Positions 36,764 to 49,153 of a stretch of 64,000 nt of DNA are shown piece after piece; positions within the stretch are counted from its first letter, which is position 1; every line of letters begins with the position of its first letter. This DNA is from Takakia lepidozioides. Lineage: Eukaryota; Plantae; Bryophyta. The notes below the pieces were generated by a model. It was not told the DNA's origin. It did no database searches and saw nothing but the letters and a program-made list of their open reading frames with translations. The position numbers and the translations under genes are program-made. The DNA lies in the NCBI GenBank assembly GCA_030704615.1, contig CM060732.1:80042001-80106000 (forward strand). The letters run 5' to 3'.

Positions 36764-38938
36764 TCAGTTGTTTCTCCTCCCCAATTTGAAACGGAGTACA
36801 ACGTAGCAGAGGATCCGGTAGAGAAGTGCAAAGCCTGCCATGATGCCTGCGTTAACCCACTTCATGCTTGCCTCGTGGAATCCTCCTTGAACCAGCACGT
36901 CCTTGCCAGTCAATGAGCAAAGGCCGCCACCAAAGAGCACCGGCCCAAAGCACTTTTCGCTGACATGAGTATACTCGTTGATCAGCAAAGCCTCCAGTGG
37001 ATACTTGTAGAGAGAGACGTAATGCATAAAAACCCAATACTTCGGAAGGTCGTCTTTGGATATGAAAAAGCCAGAGAAGAGGAAAAATGAGCCCATCAAT
37101 CCCATGATGATAGAGTACCCCAACTGATAATTAGGCACCAGAGCACTGAAAAAGGCAACAAAGGTGTAGGCAGTAACAAGGAGCAGCCAAATAACCAGAC
37201 AGAAGAAGAGGAAGGCACTAATCTCAGGCGCTAATCCCACCAACCAATACACAGGTCCCGAAAACAGTAGAGCAGTCAAAAACAAGAATGGGAGAAACAC
37301 TATGGTATTTGAAAGTACATAAGATGACATGCGATAAGACCCTCTTGATGTTTCACGGGTCAGGACTTGGCACTCTTCGAGGAAATTCGGGAGGACTTCA
37401 ATAGAGGATGAGAGCAGGAGGGTGACACTGAAAGCCAGAAACCCATAGCGTTCCGAATATCCACGCGTTCCGTAACCCATGTGGAAATAGATGCTGCCTA
37501 ATCCAATGCCTGCCCCCAGTGCATGCAGTGTTCTTGCTCTGAAGAGCTGTTTCGTCCGCAAGATATTCCTGCAAAATCGATGAGCTAGGACAAGAATCTC
37601 CTGTGAGCTTGAATTGGCGAAGGTGACTTGATCGACTTTCTGTAGCCGTCTTGCAGCGTCGTAGCCCAGTGGGAGCGGCGATGCACTCTCCACATCAAAC
37701 ATGTATTGCAGTGACTTGACTGGAACACTTGGGTCAGCCTTCCCAGGGAACATCTGGCAACTACAATCCGCTTCCAGATAATCGATGACATCAATGGCGT
37801 ATTCCAGCACATTGACCTGTTCCGGGATGAAGTGACCTGAAGCAGATAGTCGATTTGAGAGAGTCTCAAGAGATCCATAGTGAACAACGGTTCCTTGTGC
37901 CAGTAACAGAATGGAGTGGAGGAGTTCCAGTATCCGAAATCCAGGCTGATGAATACTGAGGATGATTGTGCGCCCATGTGAGACGGCCATATTCCGGAGC
38001 ATGGCCACCACATGCATTGCTGATGCACTGTCGAGGCCCGAGGTTGGTTCATCCAGGATCAAAACTGCAGGATCATGTATGACATCGACACCGATGGATA
38101 CCCGTCGTCGCTCTCCGCCGGACAACCCACGCAGAGTTTGGTTCCCTACCCGGGAGTTGGCCACATGCAGCAAGCCGAGCTCCTCCATGAGAGCCTGCAC
38201 TCGAGCTACTTTCTCTGCCATCGGCACAGATGCTGGAAGTCGCAACCGGGCACTGTACATCAACGTTTCCTCTACTGTAAGCATGGGGAAGAGCACATCG
38301 TGCTGCATGACATACCCCGATATTCTCAAAAACTGCTGTGTCTCCATCTGTTGCCGGTTAACTAAAATGCTGCTGGGCGGGCTGCTAGGCCTGAGGCGAC
38401 CGGCCAGCACCTCAAGGAGAGTGGACTTACCTGCACCACTGGGTCCAGCAACCGCCAATATCTCCCCGGGACGAGCTGTGCAGCTCACATGTTTCAACAC
38501 ATAGTGGGTTGTTGGTTTGCACCTGCCAAACACAGCGTCTACATTGATCCCCAGTACTGGAAAGTTCGAAGTATCCCTCCGCTTGACGATCTTGTATGAC
38601 AAGTCCTTGAGCTCAATCTCGTAAGTGTTGATACGCGACGGCGATGGTGGCAACGGGTTTGGCAGCACTGCCACCGGCGAGTACACAACATGAGGCAGCT
38701 TCGTATTGGCAGGTCCCTCCCGGGCCACCTTGATCCCCCCCACTGCGCAGGGACCTGGTTGAAGACAACAGCACACCTTCACACTGCAGGGCTTCCCCCG
38801 AGATGACCCCCTCGTGCTCTCAAGCTTCCCCGAGTCAGAGCCCATACTGAAACTCGCTTGCAGCCCACAGTTCACAGCAACAAGGAAACCACACAATGCG
38901 GTGCTCACTGCAGCATTGGAGGCATGCAGAGAGTCCAC
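36764..38938 (-). CDS. ABC transporter G family half-transporter (NBD-TMD, intronless ABCG5/10/23-like type)
   Basis: Walker A GPSGAGKST, signature LSGGE, Walker B ILDEPTSGLD, H-loop SIHQP, and a C-terminal ABC2 membrane domain. The start may be the downstream Met (~38845). Confidence 0.95.
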   Translation of the reverse strand: MDSLHASNAAVSTALCGFLVAVNCGLQASFSMGSDSGKLESTRGSSRGKPCSVKVCCCLQPGPCAVGGIKVAREGPANTKLPHVVYSPVAVLPNPLPPSPSRINTYEIELKDLSYKIVKRRDTSNFPVLGINVDAVFGRCKPTTHYVLKHVSCTARPGEILAVAGPSGAGKSTLLEVLAGRLRPSSPPSSILVNRQQMETQQFLRISGYVMQHDVLFPMLTVEETLMYSARLRLPASVPMAEKVARVQALMEELGLLHVANSRVGNQTLRGLSGGERRRVSIGVDVIHDPAVLILDEPTSGLDSASAMHVVAMLRNMAVSHGRTIILSIHQPGFRILELLHSILLLAQGTVVHYGSLETLSNRLSASGHFIPEQVNVLEYAIDVIDYLEADCSCQMFPGKADPSVPVKSLQYMFDVESASPLPLGYDAARRLQKVDQVTFANSSSQEILVLAHRFCRNILRTKQLFRARTLHALGAGIGLGSIYFHMGYGTRGYSERYGFLAFSVTLLLSSSIEVLPNFLEECQVLTRETSRGSYRMSSYVLSNTIVFLPFLFLTALLFSGPVYWLVGLAPEISAFLFFCLVIWLLLVTAYTFVAFFSALVPNYQLGYSIIMGLMGSFFLFSGFFISKDDLPKYWVFMHYVSLYKYPLEALLINEYTHVSEKCFGPVLFGGGLCSLTGKDVLVQGGFHEASMKWVNAGIMAGFALLYRILCYVVLRFKLGRRNN

Positions 38939-41164
38939 AGACGGAGCATGTCTACCTACCGATCCACCGACATGGAGTGGAAGAGAAGAGATGAGTGTAA
39001 CACTCTGCAGCTACAGATCTATCTCCACTCCACAGTCAACAGTACTCCCTCCGTAGTACTACTCCCCCACTGTGGTTGCCGCCTGTCCCCAAAAAGCATG
39101 GGAACAACGGGAACTCTCTGGCTCTCTCCTTGTGAACAATCCCCCACAAGTTGATGGTCCCTCTCACCAGATAATAATTCCCCCCTTAACCTGGGTGTCT
39201 CCTCCAAAAGCCCAAAACAAACTTGCAAATCTCGCATTCAATGCGATGCACACTAGTGACAAATGGCTACAGTGGCGAGTGCCTGGCGTGTGCCAGTGCA
39301 ACATGACCTGTTGCAGCGAGAGTGAAGGAGAATTTGGGAACGCGTTTCAAGTTTTCAACATCCCCTGGTGGGTAGCTCCGACTTTCCTTGCATAGTAGGT
39401 AGATGTAGAAAATGGGTGAGCGCCCTCCCTCAGAAGTCTCCAGAGTGCAAAAGACTCTGAGAGCATGTCATCAAATAATGCCCTCTGTAAGTAATGCAAT
39501 AACTTGTGTTTAATATACCTTCATTCGTGATGAATGCAAGCAGGTACACCTTACTCATTTTAGAGCCTACAGTTACGATAGAAAATTGTTACTTGGGTTC
39601 TGTTCAATGCCCCAATTGTTTCTGCTGGTTTTTGAGTTGAGGTAGAGTAAAGGGGCTTTGTTTGTTCTCCAAAAAGCTGTATACTCTCATGTTAATGGCA
39701 ACACAAAAAGCTTGAGGAGGTCTATTTTAGGGGATGTGAAATAATGAAGTGAAATGCATACTGTGGGGAGGCATTGACTCATGTGGGTATAAACGTATAA
39801 ACAGTGGGAGATCATAACTCGCAACCGTCGAATATCACGGAATTGTCGGACTGGACAGGTTGGGTTGTTGGGCACCATTAATCTGCTTATGACTGGGCAT
39901 ATACTTGTTCTGAGGCAGATCCTTGTTTTTAGCTGTCAGCTCAAAAGTTGCCTAATTTAGCAGATAAATGCAGTCTGAATGCACGGTTATCTCATGAAAT
40001 GGATTGAGTATGTTGCATGGTCGCTGCATGGATAGAACTTGTCAATAATGCACCGCTTGTTTGCTGCAGTAACCAGTTGTGGGTTTTGGAAGGAAAAGGG
40101 CTGCCTCCCGAATGCAAGGCTTACTGATCGCCTGACAACATTGATGTTTGCACTAGGCTGCAGGTTTGCATGGCTGGCACATATTCAAGGATAGAAGAGA
40201 TGCTGTCAATGCACTGACCTCTGCACTTAATGTCACACACTTACCAACCACACAGCCTTCACTAGACATTGTAACACTCACTCATTGGATTTTTCGTCAA
40301 TTGTCTTGGGGTAGGTAGGGCCACTGTCTTGGTTGTCCAGCGCCGTCCCTGTGCAAGATGATCAACTGTGTCAGGAAATTGTAGAACAGGGAGGCAATCT
40401 CCCCTTTCCCTTGGGCGGTGTCTGTTGAGAGAGGTATGCAGCATGGGAAGAGGCTCTTTATTCAGACTAACTCCTGATGACGTCTCATGTATATATGCAT
40501 GGAAGTGTTTATGTTCTCCTCTCACTGTAATTGAGGGGCCCGATTTGTGAGCGGCAGGGGTGTACTTTATAGATTTATAAGGTAAAAAAAACACTGTAAA
40601 GCACTGTGATGATGAAACCCTGTAAAGCTTTATTTACAAACCGACATGAGGTAACTGTACGAAGGAAAGTTCCCAAGGGAAGATATAACATAAAGAAATG
40701 AAAAAGAATGCGTAGCAAGCCACTCAAACCAAATGATCATCCCATCCAACTGAAAAAGAAAGGCACACAAACTTGAGTAATTTCTTGCAGATTCATTATC
40801 CAGAATCCAGATCTCTCTATTCCCATGGATGTGGTTCTAATCAACTTCATGCCAGCATAATATCTCTGCTCAATATATGTATGTAAAACAGATATCAATT
40901 TTCGGTTTCAGATCTTGAGAGTTGGTAGAATGTGGTCATACAGCTCGGTAAATGGAATGGCATATGGTGCATTACTGGGAAGTAGACGGTCACGAAGAGA
41001 GAAGCTGGTAATGGAGTCATGCATGATATCATAAGAAATTCACATGTACTGTCTTCAGAAATCAGTAGATCGTCTTCTCATCCGTAAGTGACAGGCTCAT
41101 CTACACAGTGTTCTATAATTGGGGACTTCTCTAGGGATGGGCAAAAACCCTGCTCCTTGACTGC

Positions 41165-44100
41165 TCAATAGTTTGACTGCTCCAGCAGACTTGCTATATA
41201 GGGAAACATCTCATGGTAATCAGGGCCATAGTGGGTTCTCATGATACCATCAACAAATGTCAGATTTTTTTGGCCGCATGCCATATCAGCTGTAGCATAT
41301 GCGATGGAAGTAAGCTTTATCCTCTCATTGGCCACTGCAATGTGATCCTTGTGATACACCTGCTCAAGGATCTACCACCACTGTGAAGTCAGCCTTGCCC
41401 AACTTCATCTTACCAGAAATGGTGACTAGGATGGCAGTAAGACTTGGGACTACTGACCTAGCTCAACAAGATGCAGCATCGGAGGTAATTTTGAAGTTCT
41501 TCCCATGCATTCCTGAAACCAAATATATCTATGTAGATGTCTCGCCACACTTGCATGCAAGATCAGGAAATAATACCTGTATAGCAGCCTCACAGTGTGT
41601 CACAGCATCTTGATATTGACCAATGGCACACAACAACCGTGCCACCAAATCCTCTCCCTGCACTCTCACTACGCCATTAGAATTTTACATGATCATGTAC
41701 GTCACATTGTCCAAATGACTATCTCTAATGTACAGTCCATTAGCACAGAGTCAATGCTGTGGCTTACGGACTTAGTGCCTTCAGGATTAGGAGAGAGGGA
41801 GAGACAGAGAAAGACAGAAAGTAACGTACAGTGTAGGAGAGAGGAAAAAGGACTTCCAGTATCAAGCCCTACCTTCGCGAGTTGCTTGCTGGATGCATGC
41901 AGAACACTCCTGCAACAGCTCAAAGCTTCTAATGCTGCACGTCTCAAGTCCTCTGGATCCTTGGGTGCAGATGGTGAATGGAACTTAGACTCAAGCCTGG
42001 TGAGCAACAACATTTAGTTCTTCAATGCACTGCTGCAGCCATCATGTGGCCATATTACACCATGATGCAAAGAGTACTACACTATGAAACTTCCAATCTT
42101 ACAGGTTACAGTTCGCACCTACAGAGACCCTCTGCATTAGCATCATACCTTTGTAATTGCTCTAGGCTGGCTTTGGCTGTCTTGGATGCCCTCTGAATGT
42201 CCACCACTGCTCCGCAGGTGAGACATTGCCCTCCATTCTGCAAGCGTCCCTGTATGCATGCAGGAATCATCATCCCCAGTGGAACTTCCAGTCATGAATA
42301 AATGCCAGAATACACTTGCTATGTTTTGCATGAGTACAAACAGTTGATAGTCTGCACAGCCCCTCTCCCTTCCATTGCACGTGACACTCATTCCTTGTAG
42401 GTGTTAGAGTCAGTACCTTAGAGCCCTCGAACCAAGAGCTCCCCTTCGAAGATGTGCCCATGAGTGACAAACTACCTTGCTTTGTGTAACCTGATGATTT
42501 GACAAGCTCACCCTGCAAGCTCGGAATATTGTGGCCATCCACTGCAGATTTGTACTCAAAGGTGCCTGCAATGTCTGGTTCTACTGAGTCTGGGCCTAAG
42601 ACTACACCACTACAGCCTGCCTTTCCACATTGGAAAGCCAGCAGCAGAAGATCAGACTGATTCGGTTGCATGCAGGCTGGACATGTGCAGGTAAAGAAGT
42701 AGCGCTCCCAGAGCCATGTCTGCCTCTCTGCACGTGTCATTTCTCCAACCTATACACGAGCATCATGCAATTGGAACATGTGTCAAAACTCTACACAATG
42801 CTCTCCTTTGGCTTCTATCCCTCCAGGAAGGACCATTCATCCAACCTGACCTGTGCATCATCTACTGCAACCACCTGATAACTGAAGCTGAAAATATGTG
42901 GGGAATTGGTAAGATTTGTCTCCTCCCTCAATGCAGCAATCACAAATCTTACTAAGAAACTCTTAACACTCCCCTGTCCAGAGCCATCATACTCATCTTC
43001 TTTCCCTTCAGTTCCAGTATAAGAGGCTCAGAGAGAGCACCTGAGGTCCGTAACACAACTCAAGTGGGGTACCCGCCACAATTGGTTTGATTGTCCGTAT
43101 GATAAGGTCACGTGACCTGAATGATGCATGTACATTGGGCTCACACGCATGGTTCAACCTACTTCCTGTCGCATACACAGCTTGAGCCACCTTAACCTGC
43201 ATATGATTTCACCTTGTTCAAAGCCAATGTCCATCTTGTTCTTTCTAGGGTTCATGGCAAACGCAAGAGTGGGAGATTGTTCAGATATACTGGGATGCAA
43301 ATTTTCATTGAAGTACAGGTGGCCAACACGGATGTCTTACCTGCTCAACAGTGCACAATGCGGAGGTGGTGGGGCCAGCGTTAGCAGCTGTAGTGCTGGG
43401 TGCCATGCCGCTGGGAGAAGAGATAGTGACAATAGCCATAGCATTAGACCTCACCTGAGCTATCAGCAGCACCAGCTGCACAGAGAAGCACAGTAGAGCT
43501 CAGGTGAGTTATGCTCTCAGTTCAGCTTGTGCCTGGCTCAGCAGACGTACAGTCTCCAGGAAATACCTTACAGTATACACCAAAACACCTCACAATTAGC
43601 CAGAAGGACTGCACATGCATGTACATGAGTTGCACTGGAGAAGGTGGCATAAAATAGAAAAGGCCAAGAACAACTGCCTCACCTTGGCAGCCAGGCTGTC
43701 TGTTGTATATGTGCCACCTGCAAATTGAGGGGAAAGAGAGGATTGCAAACAGTGAGCCACCACCACCGCTAGCACGTGCAAGTCCACCTTGTCTCTGGCA
43801 CTCAGCTCCTCGTAGTGATGGCATAAGTCATCCAACTGCACCAACCAGCTCATCACATGAGATCTTCCTTTCCTCCTCTGTCAGCCTACTTTTGCTGTTT
43901 TAACTGGAGAAATATCAGAATTTCCAGTATTTGATGAGGTCATACTACTAGTCAGAAGAAGTGAAACAACAACCAAGCCGGCTTATGAACTGAACCTGTT
44001 TGTTTAGAAGGTGGTGAGAGCCCCTGGTTGCAATGGTCAAAGATTTAGCATACATGCGTGCAGCCAGGACTACATCAGTGGGAAGCACTGCTGACCAGCT

Positions 44101-46755
44101 GGCACCCCCACATTCGTGCCTGTGTTCACCCCACCAGCTTATCTTGCTGTCAGGCATTGCATGGCCATCCTCCATATGGCTAGTACCCTGACAACGATCT
44201 GCAGAAGCATCGTCTGCCTGAGCCACCAAAAAGGAGCCATTGAAGGAGCTTGAACTACACCCGGTTCTGAAGCTGCTTGAAGTCGGAGCCTTATGGCTGT
44301 CATCCGTACATGTCCCTATATCTGGGGAAGGATGACAACCTTTTGCATGGTCTCTGCAGCGTTCGGAGCAATACAGAGGGATGGCACATGAATCACATGC
44401 GATAGGGTCTGCTGGCAGCTGCCCAAAGCAATAGTGACAAGATGAATCACGATATGCCTTCAGGATAATCTGCAATTCATGCCACCACTCTTGCAAATGA
44501 ATCAAAACAGCAGATCACATGTATCTGTGACAAAAAGTAGGACCATCACCAACCAGCATGCACAGGTGGAGAGAGACCAAAAAGAAAGTGCCACCGAGCC
44601 AATCCCCTTGCAGAATGTGACTACATTTGGACACATTTGGTCATTTACCCATTCAACCACATGACTACATGAAGGTGTGGCAAATAAAGAGGATATGGCA
44701 AAGGGCGAGGCTGGCTCTTTTCGCCACCAGCAGGAGCTCAGGAGACTTACTGCTGCACATGGCTCTTCCCAGAGGACCAAAGAGCCAGGTTGAACATTTT
44801 GATTCGAGTGCAAACCCCACTGTTTCTCTGATGTCCAATGGGAGGACACTTCCTCTTCTGAAGCCCTAATCTGCTTCCTGGAAAAATAAACTGATTACTT
44901 GTGCCTATAGAGCACAGCAACACAACCATATAATGCCACGACCAAGTTCACCAACCCCAGCTTTTGGAATCATGCAATTACAATTTACTTAACACAAACA
45001 AGGGAACCATACAAGAGCAATCTTCCATTCAGAATGACAAGTGACCAAACTCAAGAGTGCAAGGTGGAGCAAGAAAACAGTGTTTCAGCAACAAAGGCAC
45101 AGGGAAAAATACCTCAACAGCAATTTTGGTGGAGAGGATCTATTCTTTAAGCCTCCCATATCAGATAAAGCCCCTCTCAGTGTGGCCACTGTCAGCATCA
45201 CTTGCCTCCGACCACCAACTGAGTCCTCAAGGGCCAAAGCTTCCTCCATATCCTCAATAGCCCTCCCATAGCTTCTCAAATCAGCTCTTATTTTCCCTCT
45301 TCTATACCATGCCTGCAACAGAGCCTCAGTAAGTATTCCATGGCACTGGAAACATTTCAAAGTAGGAAGACAATGTGGAGGTGATCCAAGAAGGGATATT
45401 GGAGATGCCTGATGAGAAAAATAACCTTGGAATTACGTGGCTGGAGGCCAATGGCGCGAGTGCTATCCCTTGCAGCTGCATCCAGCAGCCTGAGTTTCTG
45501 TAATGAATAGGACGGACCCCGTTCAGTTGCAGGTCCATGATACCTGCATCATCATTTGAATAGCTGGACTGATGGTAGCTCATGACATGCCAATCCTGCC
45601 TATCTCTTACAAACAGTGCCTAGCTTGCTGTGGTTCAAGCCTTCAGCACATTGGGCCATACATTCCTAATGAATGGCCTCAGCACCCTGGCTCTCCAAAA
45701 CACAATTGCTTTCCAGATGACAAGTTGCTGGTGGCTATGCTGAGATTGAGCAAGTAAATTCAGTGGGAATTGGTTCGATGAGGTGATTAGGTTAGGTGAG
45801 TTGATCACATGCAGAGTAGAAGCCCGATTGACCAGAATTGTGGCCATAATTGAGGAGTCAGAGTTTAACGGAGCATATCGCAGTGCCTGCAGACCCAACA
45901 AACCAATTCTTTGATCAGAAAAGCATACTCCCCCTAGCAAACTGTCAGTTGTTCTTGCACTCCATGAGAAAACACAAGGGAGTGGCACCTTGGTGTAGCA
46001 ACCCAGGGCCTGCTGAAAGGCGTCAGTGCCAAAAGCAGCATTGCCTTCACACTTGAACTCCAATGCCACAGCAGCGTCTTTGGCACAGCTGGTCATTCCT
46101 GGGTCCATCAGTTGTTGTAGTAGCTGCATTGACAAGCACAAAATATCAGAACTAAAATGCCTTTTCTCCACTCCCCTGTCATGCAGACACTCCAGGGAGA
46201 AATAGATCACTGCAAGTGGTAGATAGGGCCTGGGATTCCAAGAAGGTGTGAGCTTGAGATATCTGAAGCCTATGCTTAGTCACACTCAAGGCATTGAAGA
46301 TATAAGATTCCCTGGAAACTTAGGGTCTGAATTACAAATGGATTCAACCGCCAGAATAAGAATATTATTACTGGGGACCCCAATGCAATTGCTACACCAT
46401 TCGGTGCTCACCATTAGGTGATTGGCTGCTGCAGAATCACGTAGGCTGCCATCACCTTCAAGATAATGGCACCATGTTGACTTACAAACTAGTCTTATAA
46501 ATTTCAAGACTTTAATGACCCAAATTCTACCCTAGCCCTACAAATCTTCAGTAAGACTGCCAAACGACTCGCACAATGCAGGACTCAAAGTAAACAGCCA
46601 GTAAAGAAGATAAAAAAGGGGCCAACCTGAGAGCACACATCATTGCTGCAGAAGTGAGAGACAAGGGCCGAACAAGAGGAACCCAAAGTGGACAACACAC
46701 TGCCTTCAATCTGTTGCAGCAATGCCTCCGGCAAAGTAGCTTTCACAGATTCCAT
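41165..46755 (-). CDS. Multi-exon TPR + SET + MYND domain protein (SMYD4-like lysine methyltransferase family)
   Basis: First exon MESVKATLPEALLQQ. TPR: KCEGNAAF..ALGCYT, NRA, AWYRRG. MYND: CHYC..CDSC..YCSERC..HRHEC. SET: LNHACEPN and ELCYGPQ. Post-SET: YFFTCTCPAC. GT-AG introns. Confidence 0.88.
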
Positions 46756-49153
46756 TTCTGATGTCCTGTGTCCTCTCCGACACGTAGAGACCTATTTCTT
46801 TGTAGAAATGCTTGAGAGGCGGAAGTTGATAGGCTAAAAGGTAGGCCCGACACAGAAAGTTGCTCGGACCTCAACTTCTCGCGCCCGAAGTTCCAAGGAC
46901 ACCATATCATATCCTTCAACCAGGTTTAGCGTTGAGCACGCAATGCTGCAAAGGAAGAGACCAACACCCACAAGCCAGTTTTAGTTCTAATCCGTTGTCT
47001 GAGTATTCAGCATCCATCTCCCTGCGCAGGCCGGCTCGAAGAGCACGAAAGGCAGGGGCCCGCACCCGCCAAGTGTGCGTGTGTGTGTGAGCAACAACAC
47101 CTCCTTTCATCCCTCATTTTCCTATTCACAAGGGTCAATTCTATAACTACTTTGGCTTGTATTTTGCGCTGTGACTGATTCATTATCTCTACAACCTGAT
47201 CTAAACTTAACCCGAGAGAAATGAACACTACCATGATTATGCGGACATTCCATATACAAGCAGAGCTCCGTATAAATTCAATATATCTTACAGTTTGTGT
47301 CCAGAGGTATCACTGCAGTAAAACTGTTGTTTGCGTAGTGGAGATAGGTAGATGGCTCAGTGACCATTAGCAGAATGGAGTTGTCCAGTCTGCTCCAAGG
47401 TCGCCGTTGGTACTACGCATCCTTTTTTTCGAAGGGCCGTAACTTCCTGAATCCGGATCCGATCGAAGAGCTGCCAACAACAAGATTGTAGTCCCGATTG
47501 AGAGCTTTCCAACGCCAAAAGGGCAAGTCCAAATTTCATGATATGGCATCAGAATAGCGAGAGATCCAGTGCCCGCTGCCTGAAAGTGGCGGCGCTTGCT
47601 CAATCGAGTGGATTTCATGAAAATATTAGTCCCAAGCTCCCACTGATCAAGCAACCTTTTCATGAGAACATTGTTTTCACAGTCTTTGTATGAAGAGGGT
47701 GACTACATGCCCACAATCTCTTCGCCCTTATAGATCACTACAAAGGTGGTACCCCAAAACTCTGAAATTTTTGGGCTAGGTGGACAACATGATGAGGCAG
47801 CCAGGTTCTTTGTCAATTTCATATGGTTTGGATTTGCTATTTACGAAATTCGTTTGAGGTTGTGAAATATTGAGGTCTGGCCGAAGTTTGCAGGGAATAC
47901 TCACTTCTGTTCCTGATGAGAGAGACGGCCAAAATAACCACTAATAAACGAACCCTCCTTGTCATGGGGGGGGCACCACAATAATAACTGTGGTAGTGGC
48001 CCTTTACTGTTGTGCAATCCAGACTGCATACATTTCCTTTCATATACTTCCATTCAACACAATCAGCCTGTTTGAAAGATAGACAAGAGCCGATTTAGAT
48101 TGAGGACATTGCTGAAGAGCAATTCAGTTGATAGTTTTCCCTCTACTCGGGCTATGAGCTTCTCAAGGCACAATCATTGAGTTTCAGACACACTCCAGCA
48201 TTGCACAGTGAAGTTTCTAGTCTAGCAGGAGGTAACACAATTCTGAACTGAAGGTGTATAGTTCACATACTCTAGGCTGCTTTAGAGACACAACACTACA
48301 CAACATTTGAAGTGAAACAAGGAGCTGAAGAGGGAAGGGAGAAAGAAAAAGATCAGATCAAGAATCACTGCTTTATTAAATTGTGACAACCCAAACCTGG
48401 AAGCCAACACTTCACAACATAAATTCACATAATCTCCCTCTGAATTGTGGTTATACTCTGCTTCTCAAGCCAGCAACTGGTTGAAAAAAGGCCAGACATG
48501 CATGCGAGAAAGTTACTTGGAAGTCATCATACATTTGGACATTATTCCTTGACTACACGGATTTCAGACTTGCCGTCAATGTTGGAAACAAACTCCATCA
48601 TAGCAGGCTATGGCAGGCAATCCTTGCAGCCACATAGGTGCTCTTTCATCTAGAGGAAATCCAATCTAGAATTCATCATCGCTAGTATGAGCGCAACAAT
48701 TTCCCACCTCTCAGATTCTCTCTCCAAAATATATCTGACTTCGTGCCATTACTCCAGGAACCTACTCTCGGAACCATTTATCGCAGACAATAGTTGCATG
48801 ACAAATGAAAAAATCTCTAGTCTTTCTTAAATGTGGGACACAGTCCACGGCAACAAGGCTTTGCCCCATGGCCACTCTCACCATTGAATCTCTAACACTC
48901 CCTTGATTAGTGAGTCTCTGTACATTTCATTATAACGTAGCGTGCAATTAAGCGACACTGAATCTAGTTTACTATTGATAAAGAATGGGGGGCCATTATG
49001 TCATATAGCACATGGGGGGCCATAGTTCAGTTCTCTGCAGTCTGCTACAAAAAATTCAAGTCTAACCGAGTAAAAACTAGTGACTAGATAATCAGGTACT
49101 TTTTTACTCCGTTAGGGTTGAATTTTAATTAGAGGAGTGGAAAGAATATCAGT